From: Bugula neritina
Taxonomy: Eukaryota; Animalia; Bryozoa
Direction: 5' to 3'
Length of the DNA stretch: 64,000 bases
Assembly (NCBI GenBank): GCA_964035545.1
Contig: OZ037770.1
Location: forward strand, 14,932,642 to 14,996,641
Shown: one piece after another, positions 1 to 13,900 of the stretch
Position numbering within the stretch: position 1 is the first letter of the stretch
Layout of the letters: the number at the start of each line of letters is the position of its first letter
Notes under the pieces: generated by a model
Told to the model about the DNA's origin: nothing
Database searches by the model: none
What the model saw: only the letters and a program-made list of their open reading frames with translations
Program-made: the position numbers and the translations under genes

Positions 1-148
1 AAATATACGCAAATTCTTCTAACTCCAGCAGGCATAAGGTAAAACATATGAATTTTATGCTAGAAATGACTGCAAAATAGCAAGCCTGACAATAACAGAT
101 GCTGTATTAGCAAATAGACAATGTAACACGAGAGTTTAGAAAAGTTAC

Positions 149-1775
149 CATAGTTTTAGCTTCTTCAGGAAAGTGTCTGGCCACAAACAGTCTGCCCACC
201 GCCATTCCCATAAAGCTACTTGTGTAATCAACACATTTCTTCCACCTGGCTGGCTTACTCTGTACGCCATAGACAATCTGCAAGCAGAACAACATTTGTA
301 AGTGGACACAACCTCTTCAACAGTAAGTAAGTGGAGATAACTCCTTGAACAGGATGGTAGATACAACTCAGTAGACAGAAACCTATTCATAATTACATCT
401 TACAGAGTAACGCATGAATTTGACCTGGAACATAATTGTATCTAAAGTTAGTATCTTGTATTGCTTAACTGAAACTTTTGTTACATTATTTTGGAGTTGC
501 CCACTCTCTGGTTATAATTATAATTTATTGCTCCTTTTGTATAAATCAATCTACGCTCTTTATTTCTAGAAATTTTTAAAACAACTCATAAACTTTTTGT
601 CCTGAAGTAAATTAATAAATTGCAACAAGCTGTGTTTAAGGAGCTTGTACCTTGTCAAATTTAGCCTCAATTTCTTGTATTGATTTTGGTAAGTTGGAGA
701 CTCTGTTCATGGTAAACCTCCATATAATGTAGTTGGCCAGCACCCTCTTTGGAGTGTTTAAAACTTTCTCAGTCATCTTGATTAAATACTGAGTGGAGTG
801 CACCACCAACTCCGTGTCGTTAGTGACTGTGTAGTTAACAACTTTAAAGAATCCATTCAGGTATCTTAGCCACTCAAACTACAGTGAAATACAGAATATC
901 ATCAGTACTATGCAACACTATCAGTTTATATCCTTCAAATTATAAATTATACTCTCTAAAATCAAATGCATGATGTAAACTCTGCAATACTATGCAATAT
1001 ATTTTGCGTAACCACGGCAACAATCTGTCTACATCAACATCATAATTTAGATTGTTAGTTCTACAAATTTAAAAGAATATATATTTAGAAATATTACAGA
1101 TCAAGAAATGGAAGCCTAGAATTTATAAAATATGGGATTTAATATAAATAAAGTTATTTAGGGTTACATGGTTCAGTGTAGAGATTCAATTCATATAGTA
1201 AAGACAACTCCTATTTTACGCTAGATCTCTTATCATAACGCATTATTTTCAAGTTTGATATATTAGTATAGAGCTCAGCTATGACTCACCTCACTACTGA
1301 TGTTAGTGTAGAGCTCTGAGACTGTATACTTCATATAGTTTGCTTCTGGGTCTCTTGTCTCAGCCTTAGATTGTGACACCTACACGGAAAAAACAGCAAT
1401 TTCACTATACAATTATATAATAGCAATCCGTGCTTTAATAAAGTCTAAACAGGTCATTGTTCAAAATCAACAACAGAATATTAGAAGTCAAAGTTTGTAA
1501 CCAACTGTGCATGTTAGACTTACATTGGCCAAGTAGGTTTCAAATTCAATCAGGTCTTCTGCATCTTGTTTAGCATCAACTTGTGAACTGTTGAAGAAAG
1601 TAGCCACATCTACTATGTACTGTCTGTAGGCATCCAACTCAGCGGTGTATTGCTCATTCAGATAGTATTCCCGGCTAGGCAGTCCAAAATCCTGCTGTCT
1701 AAGCTGCAACCAATAGGAACAAATATCACTGCTCAAAGATTATCAAGTGATTGATTGATTGATTGATTAATTGAG

Positions 1776-1809
<34 letters not shown>

Positions 1810-4044
1810 CCTATCACAGACATGACAACAAGTTGCAAAATTCAGTGTAAATACTAGCTATAATATAAGTAGGCATGAACTAAAATGAAAGAAAAAAAGT
1901 CAAAAGTCAAAAACTCTGTTGGATTATTTATAATAGAAGCTCAAGATGTCGCAAGAAGCTATCTCTGCCCCATGCTCCTTTATATTTGATATCTTCCAGA
2001 GGGGCATTGACTCAGAAAGTTATTGATAAAATAGCTGTCTATTATATCATATTTGTTGGTTATCCTTTAGTGAGTTTCTGAATGGAACATCTTTGGGATA
2101 GCCTGAGCTATTTTTATGTAACAAGGTTTGATATTTAATTTTAGTTTTAGTTATGCAAAGAATATTGGAGCTGCAGACAGGAAAGTAGATTATTTAAAGG
2201 TTACCTGCAAGATGTTTTTAGAGCTGTTCTTGTAATCTGCAGATACATAGCTGTTGATAAGGTGTTTGTTATTGTATAGCCTCAGTGCCACCAATAGATC
2301 GATGGTATCAAATGCCGTCTCGTTCCAGTCAGGATCTATCATAGGAAATCTGCCGAATTTCTCATATGTATCGTGCAGTGGAGTATACCCAATTTTCTCA
2401 ATTTCTTCTACAATCATAGATTTTAATTGCCTAGTAGTTTAGACAGAAAGATAATTAGTCTGATCAATTATGTACAAATCAATCAATCAAATAAAGAGTT
2501 ATCTCTCTGAAAAATTATTATTTCTTTAGAATCAGTGCATATGAAGTTGAACTTATTTTTATTCATGAACTGCAACAACAATACATGATTAATAGCAATG
2601 GAGCTAGCCAGATATATTATCAATGAAGCCTAATGAAATATGTACACAGATATAGGAGCAAAACGTGGCCATCTACAAGTGTTAGTTTAGTGTCAAATTC
2701 CAGTTGCACTAAGTTCATATGCTAATGAGCTGTAAAGTGATTACCACATATGACAAACAATATGCTGGTTAGAATAATGTCATTCTTGTTTTATAGCTTG
2801 TTGCCCTGTAAACAATCAACATTGGCCAGTGTTATTCATATGCTGATAAACCATCTAAAATCTAAATACAGAGTGATCTCATCCAAAATTGTTTATTTTG
2901 TCAAATTGAAAGCAAACCAACTACCAAAGCTGGGGAATTTAAGAGAAGGGATATCAAATAGATATCTTTGCTGTTATAGACTTGAGATAAGCCAATTTTA
3001 AAGTCAATTGTACAGGAATGTTATCTTTCCACTGAGCTGGTAGTGCTGAGCTGGTTATAGTGGGGTAGATGCCCTTAGATAAAGGGAGATAGCAGTACAT
3101 ATAAGCTGGCAGCAACATAGCAGATAATAAATTAGCCTAATCTCGAGTGGTGTGCACTGGAGTTGTGTTTACCCAGCAGATAGAAAGCTTCTACCTGCTG
3201 GTACGGCTATCGGCTATCGCTTCAAGTAGTTATAAGCAGTTTTAATCTCTAAAGCTCTTTCAGCCTAAAAGATGACCCTACAAGGTCACCCCTTGCTATT
3301 TCAAACTGTTATGCAATATTTTACTGGCCCTAGACTATGGTGGAACCAGTGGTCATAGCCCATGATTTGATAAGAGTTTGGGGCTATGGAAGTTGAAACC
3401 CGACTTTCCTAACACTGGTTCATACCCAATGTGTATTAAAACCACTCTTATATGTCTACAGCATTCAGCAGTCAAAAAAATAAAATATAGTAAACATCAT
3501 CAAGGTTTAAAGATTAATGACTAATATATTTTTATTACTAGCTTGAGCTTCTATTGCAGTAATCTTGATTGCTTTTGTAATTCCTTAATAATATAGAAAT
3601 CATCAAACTCAAATGGGTTATTAAGTTTATTGAATTCGACAGACTGCGTTTTGTTGATGTTTATAGAACAGCTTACTTTTAGGACTCTGTGATAACTAAC
3701 AGAAACAGTTGTACTGAAAATCTTGATAGAATCAGTTTACTTACAACCAAGTGATGGATAGAAGTTTTTAAAAATATTTCTAATTGCTTTTAATTGTTGA
3801 GGAATTGCCTAGTTGACTGTGCCCAAAGCTCGAGATTATACCAATTTTTGAACTACAGCCAAGTAAAGCAGGCAGCTTTGAGATTTATGGCAAAAATATT
3901 AGAGCAAAAACGTATTACTAGTATATATGAGGAACTTAAATATTGTAGTATATATTTTAATTAATTAGTGATATCACAATCTGCCAACAGTTTTATTATA
4001 ATGCATAAATAATAATTATTTCTATTGGCAAACTTCTATTAATG

Positions 4045-4112
<68 letters not shown>

Positions 4113-7100
4113 TATATATTACCTTCATCGAAGCACGCCTGATACATTTTCCTACTCTCGGTCACCGCTGTCGGATCACTTACTTTCGTCGGCTCCTCCA
4201 TGAGAGCTGCAAGAAAATCAACAGAATCAACAGAACTAAACACATTAATTATACTTTAGCAGTATACACTATTATCCTGGTAAGATTATATACCTTAATC
4301 TTCCTCATGAAAATTCACTTAGATAATTTATTTAGATTAGACTCAAATATCCATTACCCATTTGAAATCTTGCCTCATTCGGATGGGAATATGTCATTAA
4401 AGTCATTAACAGGCAGAAAAATATGTAGTAATAAGGGATGAAAATAACGGATGTTTGTTTCTAGATACAGGGTCAATGAACTCTGATGCAGATTATACTG
4501 ATAAATAGAAGATTATTAGAAGATGATGTATATATACACATTAAACAGGCAGAAAGTATGAAAACACTTTAATAACACATTCTATTACTGGGAGTTTCAT
4601 ATGAGAAATGATTTGTACAGTTTTAAATAAAAAAACCTGTTCATTACACCCTTACTCTCATGGCAATGACAATGGATAAAAAATTTGCACTGAATTGATT
4701 TTCCTAATCTCTGCATTTTTGCTGTAAATGTTATTGGGCAACTATTCTATGTTGTTTTACATATAATTTTATATTGTATTATAATGCAATAAAAAAGATT
4801 TAAATTATAATTTTGAGCTCAAGTTATAAAACATGCAATCTCCTTCTTGATAAGGTTTCCCAAAGGTTTATTGAACACCTCCTGATCACGCATATATGTT
4901 AATAGTGAGCTGTGGGCAGGTGCTGGGGCGTAACAGTTTTACTGCTACTTGAGCTACTCAAATCTGTTCGAGTATCAGTATAACTCTGATTCATACAGCT
5001 ATTGGTACTCATTTACTGATTGCTAGAGTACCACTTAGAAAACACAAAATGAGACATTTTACTAAAATAGTAAGAGAGAAAGATTTTTAAAAATGAACAT
5101 GAAATGCTGCTGATGACAAAGTTTGGATAGATTGAAAAGTGCAATACCACAAAATAACTGTTGTTCAATTGCAAGAAATCAAAATATCAATTTTTTTCAA
5201 ATTTACCCCAATTACGATTTAGTTCAAACAACTGATGCTGCTCTTACAACCTCACTTTTATAAAAGTATAATGTATAGACTACACCTAAGATCCCTCTTC
5301 ATATAATCAGGAAAGTTGCACATTTTTACTTAACCCTGTGGGCTTATTTCTAAAGTTTTCCATTAACAATTACAATTGTTGTTATTTAAAAACTTAGCCA
5401 CAATTTAATGAGTAACTCCTGATTTTTTACTATAAGGATAAATTTAAAACCGATTTTTAGTTTCCTCAGAATAAATTTACTTATATTATAGTAGCTTAAA
5501 TCGAAGTCAAAATTACCTTTTGAATTAAAAATATTTTGAGTTAATATTGTTTGAAGAGAAAAATTTTGAGCATAAAGTGATGATAGTGTAAACTTTTGCC
5601 CGGAATGAAAAGTAGTACAACAAATATGAAATGCTGTATCTAAATACCATTACCAAACTACCACTTCTATTTATACTTCTATGACTACCACTATGACTGC
5701 TACTTCTATGGCTATATACCACAATCACTGCTACTGCTAATTCCAAAATTAAGCATTATTATTGACAGGAAAACAGCATTGGACACCAAGTTGAAAAAGC
5801 AAACGGCTTTCAGCCCTAATTGATTTTCAGGTATAAAAAATAATTATCTCAAGAAAAACTTGAGAAGGTGAAAGCAAAAGCAGGCTACTTGCTTGAAATA
5901 CTCGCTCTGCATCGACCTATATAGTTTAATTTACACATCGACCTATATAGTTTAATTTACACATCGACCTATATAGTTTAATTTACACATTGACCTATAT
6001 AGTTTAATTTACACATCGACCTATATAGTTTAATTTACACATCGACCTACATAGTTTAATTTACACATTGACCTATATAGTTTAATTTACACAATGACCT
6101 ATATAAGTTAATTTACACAATGACCTACATAGTTTAATTTACACAATGACCTATATAGTTTAATTTACACAATGACCTAAATAGTTTAATTTACACCATG
6201 GTCTATATAGTTTAATTTACATTGACTTATATAAGTTACAGATATTGACTTATATAACCTACTCAGAGACCTATACAACCGGCACTCACTGCCATTGATC
6301 TCTATAAGAACACACCTTTGAGTTGCCCTTTGACCTCTTCAGCGAGTTGAGAGAACCGGGAGTACTGAGATTTGTCTTCGGGAATTATGTTCTTCTTCAA
6401 CCAGTTGCCACAGGAAAACATGTAGAAATCTTCACAAGGGTCAACAGTGTCATCCATGGCTTCCAGGAGATTACCGGCTGAAACCAGGAAACACGTTACT
6501 TGTGAGGAGTTGTGTTTTCAATGTTATTCCAAGAAAGACTTTAGTTACAAAACACAGGAACTGTAGAGCAGCGTTTTGGCACTACTTCAGTTTATTTTAG
6601 AAATTGAGGTTTTCTATAAATTTGAAGCACAATTCTTAGCAACTAAAACAATAAAAATATATTCTAGCGCTAAAGCTAAGCTAGTCTGGCTACAGCAATA
6701 TATGATTGCTATCTAGTAATTAGGCTTTATTATGGGTCGATTGTTTGCTAATAATATTAAACATCTTTACAATATTAGCCTTGAATATTGAACTATACAA
6801 TATTTTAAAACTACTTTAATTGGCTATTGTCTACAAAATTCAATAGCTCATTAAATTTGAAGGAAATGAGATTGTGAATCAAGTCCTGGCTGCTGTGCTA
6901 AAAATATCCCTCCTAAAAAGTAACCAAACAGCATTAGATGTACTCGTAGGAGTTGCATACTCCTGATTTATAAGCTGGGGTGTCTTACCAGCTTTAGCAC
7001 ATCCGGGAGTCGTACACATCTTGAGCTCGTTGCTGATTGGTAAGGGTGAAGGAGTAGTAGATGCTTCTGTAATAATCAGAATTCGATATTATCCCAATGA

Positions 7101-9498
7101 GCCCCGATACCAAAGTCTCAGTAAGTCTGTCTGTTAACAGAACCTGTGCTAAAGTTGTACTGCTGAATTTGTTCAGTGGTCTCTGTGGTGTAATAGCTAT
7201 TGCATGCGCCTGGTTGCCAGCCGTAGGTTGCGGGTTCGAATCCCAGTGGGAGCAAAATTATTCTATAAAAGTGGGGCTCGGTCTAACAAGAACTAAAACA
7301 TTTGGAAGATTTGCGATTGACTATAAAAAATTTCGATTAATTTATCTATGGGATTCTTGATTATGATATGAATAATCAGACAGATGAATTGAAAATACAG
7401 CTATCTCAACTGCTATACAATCATTTACTCTGATGATGGAGAAACTCAATAGTCTAAGTTCTTTAACTTCCTCTTTAAATTACAGGTTGCCGTGTGAGTT
7501 ACAACTGTTGTAAGAACACAACTTTCTCTGTTATAATGTCCAAATTTCTTTTTTATTACACATTTCTTAATGCAGCTGATAAGTATTGTTAAAATACTAT
7601 ATTTTGATGATAGTTAAGTTACTTGCCAAGCAACACTTCACTGAACATCAAAAGCACATCAGAATAAAGATGGCAGATATAAAGAGGCTCTCACTGGCTG
7701 AATAAATGCCAAGGGAGCCAAATAAACACTAGTGCAGAATTCACAAAGACCTGTTTTATCATCACCTAATCAAAAAGACATTGAATCCAGACCTACCCAA
7801 CTCTGATGGAGAAGGAAAGGTTTCAATGACTGCGATACCGATGGCCAGAGCTACCACAGCCAGCAGGAAGAAGAGTGCGAGACACATGGTGACCTTCAGC
7901 CTCTTTTTCAATTTGGAGATCTTTTGTGTAGAGGCGGGATCGTCATCCATTGTCAGCCTACAGATATATACAGGTTCTTGGTTGGTGAAGGTATTAAACA
8001 CTCTGCAGTGTTTTACAAAAGGCTCAATATTTAATACACAATGTTACGGTTACACTGTTCCCTCCATATCTCACGGTTGTAGTTCTCACGAAATTCCACA
8101 GGTCATGAGAAGGGCTTCGACCCCATTCTGTGACTTATATATGTGTGTATAGGGACAAAATGGCCAAAGTTAGCAAATCCATATTCTACTATGTCATGAA
8201 TTGAGGTTCCAAGGCCCGTATAGCTTAGCGAGATATGGGGGGGGGGGGGAGTACGGTATTAAAAGAAATGAACTGATAATATAATTACATGCAGATGAAA
8301 GTATCAAGTGAAAGTTATATTATGTGGATTTAGTATGATTGGGCCTGTTAAAAGAGGGCAATAATAGAAATAGTGAAATCTCTGTCAACTGAATGATCAT
8401 CATGGCAGAAGTATTGAGGTCATTAAATAAGGGCAAGTTGTAATCAAATGTACATTTTGGTGAGCTAATGAAGAGTCCAGAGATGCGTTTTATGTTCTTC
8501 ATTCTAATTTAGCAATGTATCACTGGTTATTACAGAAATCTACGAAGTCCACTTCACAATACATACGTAGTTCATTGAAAACTTTGTGTAGCAGTCAACT
8601 GCTATTTAGTAAAACCACACGGAATAATAATATAGTAACACACCGTCTGGCATTGTAATGGTGTTACATAACTCTGAACGAAGTTTGGCAGACTGCCAGC
8701 AGAGTTGCTGTTTAAACACTCCAATTTCATGGAAGATGCATAATATGCTGAGAACTGCAACTGCCGAAAGTAATAAAACTTGTGAATTCTGATAGGCAGG
8801 GTGGCTGTTACAGTTCACATCAATATTGAAAGCATAACTCGATGTACAAGTATGTTGACGACTGTTTCGAGTGCAGTAAATTACTGTGAAATTTTAATTT
8901 AATTAGTTAAATTATGCCTGTGAGCATTTCTACTTACATGTGAAAATACAGCGAAAGCTATCCATGTGCTATGAATAATTGCAACATCATGTGTAGACAT
9001 TTTTAGTGCAAAATTTAAGTTAGGTGCACAAAAAGTAGACTTAGTAGTTTTCACAGTGAAAGTTGGTTGACTAGTTGAACTATGCTTTTGAACTTTAATG
9101 TTGGTGAAAGAGTTTATTGAAGCCAATTGGGATAATGCTGGTTTTAGGATTTATTGTGTTATAAGAAATAAAATGAGCCTAAAGCTGCAAGTTTCTACAC
9201 TTTGCTATAAAATTAAGTTGTTAATTTATATTATTTAAAAACATAACCCGCTAATTTAACTTTTAAATCATTATTTTTTTAAGAAAACAAGAAAATAACA
9301 TTAAATACATTTCCAACTTTGGTCATTTGAAAAAACTGTTATCAAACATTGTTTAACAAAATGCAAATATTAAAAAAGAGAAAAGAAGTAAAGCTGGATG
9401 AAATTTTGTAGTCCAAACACAAACAGTAGGGTAAGTGTATGCTGATAATATTTGTATACTTACTTGGATATAGATGTACTATTTTGCTCAGTCATCAT
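149..9498 (-). CDS. Neprilysin / endothelin-converting-enzyme-like M13 metallopeptidase, type II membrane protein; 3' part (including HExxH) lies beyond the window start
   Basis: Phase-compatible GT-AG exons: 9498-9464, 7957-7797, 7066-6989, 6477-6316, 4206-4123, 2407-2205, 1703-1524, 1379-1290, 878-651, 277-149. They give a short cytosolic N-terminus, TM (VTMCLALFFLLAVVALAIGIAVI), CTTPGC, the M13 hallmark DPCEDFYMFSCGNW, FGLPSREYYL, VLANYIIWR and RWKKCV...GMAVGRLFV. The first 35-nt coding exon is the least certain. Confidence 0.92.
1747..1809. repeat. (GATT)n microsatellite, intronic
   Basis: Direct reading of about 15 GATT units. Confidence 0.9.
4047..4119. repeat. (TA)n microsatellite abutting a neprilysin splice donor
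   Basis: Direct reading. Confidence 0.95.
5911..6260. repeat. 26-bp minisatellite (ATCGACCTATATAGTTTAATTTACAC), about 12 copies then decaying
   Basis: Unit starts at 5911, 5937, 5963 and so on; lies in a neprilysin intron. Confidence 0.95.
7178..7253 (+). mobile_element. tRNA-derived SINE head or tRNA pseudogene
   Basis: Pol III A-box-like TGGTGTAATAG and B-box GGTTCGAATCCC at tRNA spacing, but acceptor and T stems pair poorly. Confidence 0.55.
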
Positions 9499-10449
9499 AA
9501 GTAATAAAAGACACCCACTACAAGCACCGTGTTGACTGTCTCACCACCAAGTGTCTCCTGCTAACAAATGTGGCACTTGAAGATATGTTAGTGTCCCTGC
9601 TTTAGCTAGCACTGCAAGCCAACTGTTGGCTTATGGTCCAACAGTTGTCAATTCACTCAGCAAAGCTCTGATTGGTTAGAATATTTAAAACCCTAATTTA
9701 GGTCAGATTAATACATTATTATGTCATCAAAATAACGATGGTACCCTGCGATGTGACAGTGTATTAAGTATAGTATAGTATTATAATAGTGTCAACACGG
9801 CTGTTAGCCTTTGGACCCTGGAAAGTGTTTGCCGGGGCTCACCGGCCAGTGCTAAGCTTTTCGATGTATTTGTTTCCTTGATGACTAATAGGCAGCTAGC
9901 TATCCCCTGCTCTCACTACTGGCCTAAACTTAGAAGTCATGCCTTGATAGTTTGCAATAGGGTCTAGAGAAAAGCTGTGCATGAAAGCACTAGAGTGTCT
10001 AGTTATTCCAACAACTTCACCTGTTTGTCTTGTGAACTCTCAGTCTAATTCAATTAATCATGTGACTTTAGGCCGCTTATTGTAGAATTATTAGTTTTAT
10101 TGAGGAAGTTATATATATATTATGTGAAAGGAGGGAGGGGGGAATTACTGTATCTGCTTGTCAAATGGAAATCTCATCACTGCTGTTGAATGATCTTGTT
10201 AAGCCTTTAATGTTTTCTCATTCAGAGAACCGACTTTAGACAAATATTTTCAGGACACATTTAAGAAGTATTTTATTTGATTAATGTAGCTTCTTTGCAG
10301 AAATTCCAATTTGATGGTCTTTAAATGATGATTTATTGGAATAAAATTTCAAATTTTTAAATTAAAAACAACTCACACTGGTTATAGTGCCATCCATGTG
10401 AAAACTCCTGATGGACATGCTGTTTAAGCAGGCTAAGGACTGGTTTACC

Positions 10450-10558
10450 AGAACAAATGCTCTTCCTAACATTACCAATAGTCTTTATGAAGATTTTAAT
10501 TACTGACCTTGCATTTATACTAAGCCAGTGCTCTAACCTCTAGACCACGGCTGCTCCC
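10450..10558 (-). mobile_element. tRNA-derived SINE copy (same family as 48892-49000)
   Basis: Reverse complement GGGAGCAGCCGTGGTCTAGAGGTTAGAGCACTGGCTTAGTA... aligns with GGAAGCAGCCGTGGTCCAGGTGTTAAAGCGCATATGGCTTAGTA at 48893; both are followed by an AAGAGCAT motif. Confidence 0.6.
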
Positions 10559-10756
10559 TGGTTATTAAACACCACAAGTAAGCTAATGCTGTGAATAATT
10601 TGCAGCTTGTGCTCTTAAATAATAAGAAGACAACTTCAGTAATAAACTTCAATTCTGTAACTAGACAAAGTCAAATTAATATTGGTGACTATCACTGAAT
10701 AAGAATGTTTATACCTTATTACTATCTACTTCAAAATATTTTGATATTAGGATACT

Positions 10757-10773
10757 GTAGTTGTAGCAGTAGT

Positions 10774-10808
<35 letters not shown>

Positions 10809-10982
10809 CAGCAGTAGCATGCAGTAGCAGTAGCAGTAGCAGTAGCAGTAGCAGTAGCAGTAGCAGTAGCAGTAGCAGTAGCAGTAGCAGTAGCAGTAGC
10901 AGTAGCAGTAGCAGTAGCAGTAGCAGTAGCAGTAGCAGTAGCAGTAGCAGTAGCAGTAGCAGCAGCAACAGTAGCAGCAACA
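10757..10982. repeat. (CAG)n/(CAGTAG)n compound microsatellite
   Basis: Direct reading; explains the spurious poly-L and CY ORFs. Confidence 0.95.
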
Positions 10983-13900
10983 AACAGACAGACAGCTAAT
11001 CATTTTCAGAAGCAGCTGTTTTAAAGGACTACACCTATCATATGCTGCCACATCTCCTGACTGAAAGTCATCAGCTGATCAAAATCACTTTCAGTAATAA
11101 TTACCAGCTGAGTCAGCAAACAATTTAGCAACTTTAATTGCTGCTCAGAAATAAGTTAAAAACTCAGAAACATCTTAAAGACCTTTTTTAAAAAACTAAA
11201 ATATGCGAAGTAGCCAAGGGGGGACAATCGGTTTGATTGTATGACTCACTTCATTGGTTATAAAACCTATTTCATTAGCATAACCCATTATATTGGTTGT
11301 ACGACCTGTTTCATTGACTTGATATGGTCCAATATAACCAGTCTATCTTACCTTGTCCGTATTTTCTCACACACATGTGTTTGTGGACTGAAACCAGTAT
11401 ATACATGTACATATACAACAGATAATTAAAAAATTATTCAGTTATATTTTAGTGAAGCAGTCAATTTATCAACATATTATAGTAGTATAATGCCTCAACC
11501 CATTAGCTTATAGGAATTCCTACCAAAGAACAAAACAACTAAGATGTGAGAATAATGAGTTTTCCCTGTTTTGACACAACGCCAGTCAATAGAAAGACTG
11601 TCTTCATTAGCAAATGAAAAGGTAGTTACCATTTACACAGCTGCCAAAGACAGCAATCTGGCTTATTGTTAGCAGCCAAAGTAAATTCTGGGTGGCATTG
11701 GCTAAAAATAAATTATATATGTCTATAAGTTTCTAAGTCTTTCCAACTCTGAACTACTTGTCGTTAGAAACAGTTCAAAGCAGAAAAGTGAGTAAAAGTG
11801 CTGACCCTGGGACATAATGTGTAGGTATAAAAAAACTTAACCAGCTGCACAAGTTGTATTAAAACCCTCAACCTTTATTACATATAATATACAGGTTTCA
11901 GCAATTGTAGCCCCAGTGGAGGAATTTGAAGCATTTTAGTATATTGCAAAAATAATCTAAACTATATTTTTTATTTTTTGTTGCTTATCCATTTTTCTGT
12001 CCATGCATATTTTTAATTTATTATTTGTGGGTTATTAATGTCGGTTGGACTATTACAGCGGGCATCTGTTTACCACCCCCATTAATTTGGAGCTTAAATA
12101 GTTTAAGAACAACATCTTTTTACTAATTATATTTCATTAAATCATTTTAACAGATAATATTGCCTATACCACATGTTAAATCAATATTATTTATTAAGCT
12201 TTGGTGCAATTAGGAGTTGTTGACCCCTAAAAGTAGTTTGCATTTGAGAGAGGATAACTTCTAGAGTGGCACCAATAAACATCAATTGCATTTGAAAATA
12301 AAAAGCATTTCGTCTGGTGACTTAAATTGTAACCTTTGTTTATATACTAAAAATCATAAGTTTCAGTATAGCTTGATCAAAATTTAAAGCCAATTGAATC
12401 TACCAAAGTCATGTTATTGTGTTTATTGATTGAGTGGGTGTGTTCATCTAGCAAAGGAGGCGTGGTCTGCTCAAACTGAGACACTCCTACTCAATACGTA
12501 ATAGGTAGCAACCAGTACTTGTCATACACCAATTGTAATCAAACGTGACGCTGTTGTCTGTGTGATTTTTCACTCGTGTATTGTTTCAATGTTATTTGCA
12601 CTTAGTTTACACACTCGAGACTAAAATGATTATTATATGTAAACAAATTGCTAATATATTGTATTGATTTGCTTTACAAAAACATATATATAAAATCAAA
12701 CTTGAAACACAAGACAGATGAACGAGGTACAATGCCGAATGAACCAAGCAAGCAGTAAAAAAAATAGAAATTTAAATTTGAAGTTCACTAGTTCTTTATT
12801 CTTGCCACGTGGCTTTTGCTGTAGATACAGGTTGTTTTCAAATAGTTCCATAATAGCCAAAATCTTTACCTATAAAATTCCATTACAATAAATAATCAAA
12901 AACTTGTTATACGTGCATGTTGCAGAGTTTGCCTTTGGGATTGGTCACATTAATTTGTTAGATCTTACATAGAGTTAGAAAAGTAGAGTGCTTTTCTATC
13001 CGACTTTCACATGGAAAGCTTCTGCATGCTTTACTTTGGTAAATTAGCTATTTTAATCGGCAAATTAACTCTCCATGAATATAAGACTCTACAAAAGTAT
13101 TATTCTACAAACAATAGACTGCATCACTCAAACAATGAAATATTTATCGGTCTGAGAATTAACCTGCGAAAAGGAATTGATTTTATTTATCACCAAGTGT
13201 TAAAACCCTAGAGATGCGAGGTCGTTCATTGCAATACAATGGCAACTTCTTTGATCATAGCTATTTAAATCAGCTCATATAACATTTGAAAACCCACACT
13301 GAATATTGATTATGTACAATTTCACAGTGCACGTCAGATCATCTACATTTTATTACTATTAATTCTCATTAGGTCACCTCGGGCATTTCATCAGCGTTAT
13401 AATCTGAAAATTGAGGCTGGCGGGTGAAGTGATTATTTAGTTAAACTAAAATCAAATTTAAGCAGCTTTTTGTATCTAAAAGTTTATTATTTTTCAAGTT
13501 TCAAAATATTGTTACTAGTGAATCAGTTGAATTTTGTGATTCTGCTTAAATGAATAATCGAGACGAATTACATAGGATAATAAATTATCTATTTGAAAAA
13601 AAACAATTAATTTATTGATGATTTGGGCACTCACTCACTCTGAAAAACTGTCATGCAGCATTTTCTTTCTTTAAACAAAACAAAATAATGATAAATTTCA
13701 TACTCAAAAAAATGTTGTATAGAAAACTTGCTTAGCTGTTGGGAATAAAATTTAGCTGCAATTAGTCATTCGTGTTAACAAAAAGCAATTCATTCATTCA
13801 AGAAACTTTTCAAAAGCATTAAACCTGGTGTTATTCTAAGTTGAAAAAAATTTGATAAGCATTGCTTGATTAATAGATTTCAAATAATTCAAAGCAAAGT

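Noticed and set aside
3173-3201. Strong hairpin CCAGCAG-A-TAGAA...TTCTA-C-CTGCTGG
   Set aside because: Isolated and too short for a pre-miRNA; no element termini identified.
5911-6260. Regular repeat arrays (also 21653-21975 and 34070-34378) as CRISPR
   Set aside because: Head-to-tail units without unique spacers, no cas genes, eukaryotic intronic context.
7178-7253. Functional tRNA gene
   Set aside because: Acceptor, anticodon and T stems do not pair properly; treated as a SINE head or pseudogene.
9809-9930. GC-richer structured segment (GCCGG/CCGGC, GGCCAGT/ACTGGCC) as ncRNA or SECIS
   Set aside because: No recognisable family motif; more likely a repeat fragment or neprilysin promoter sequence.
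10731-11051. Poly-L / CY ORFs
   Set aside because: Translations of a microsatellite.
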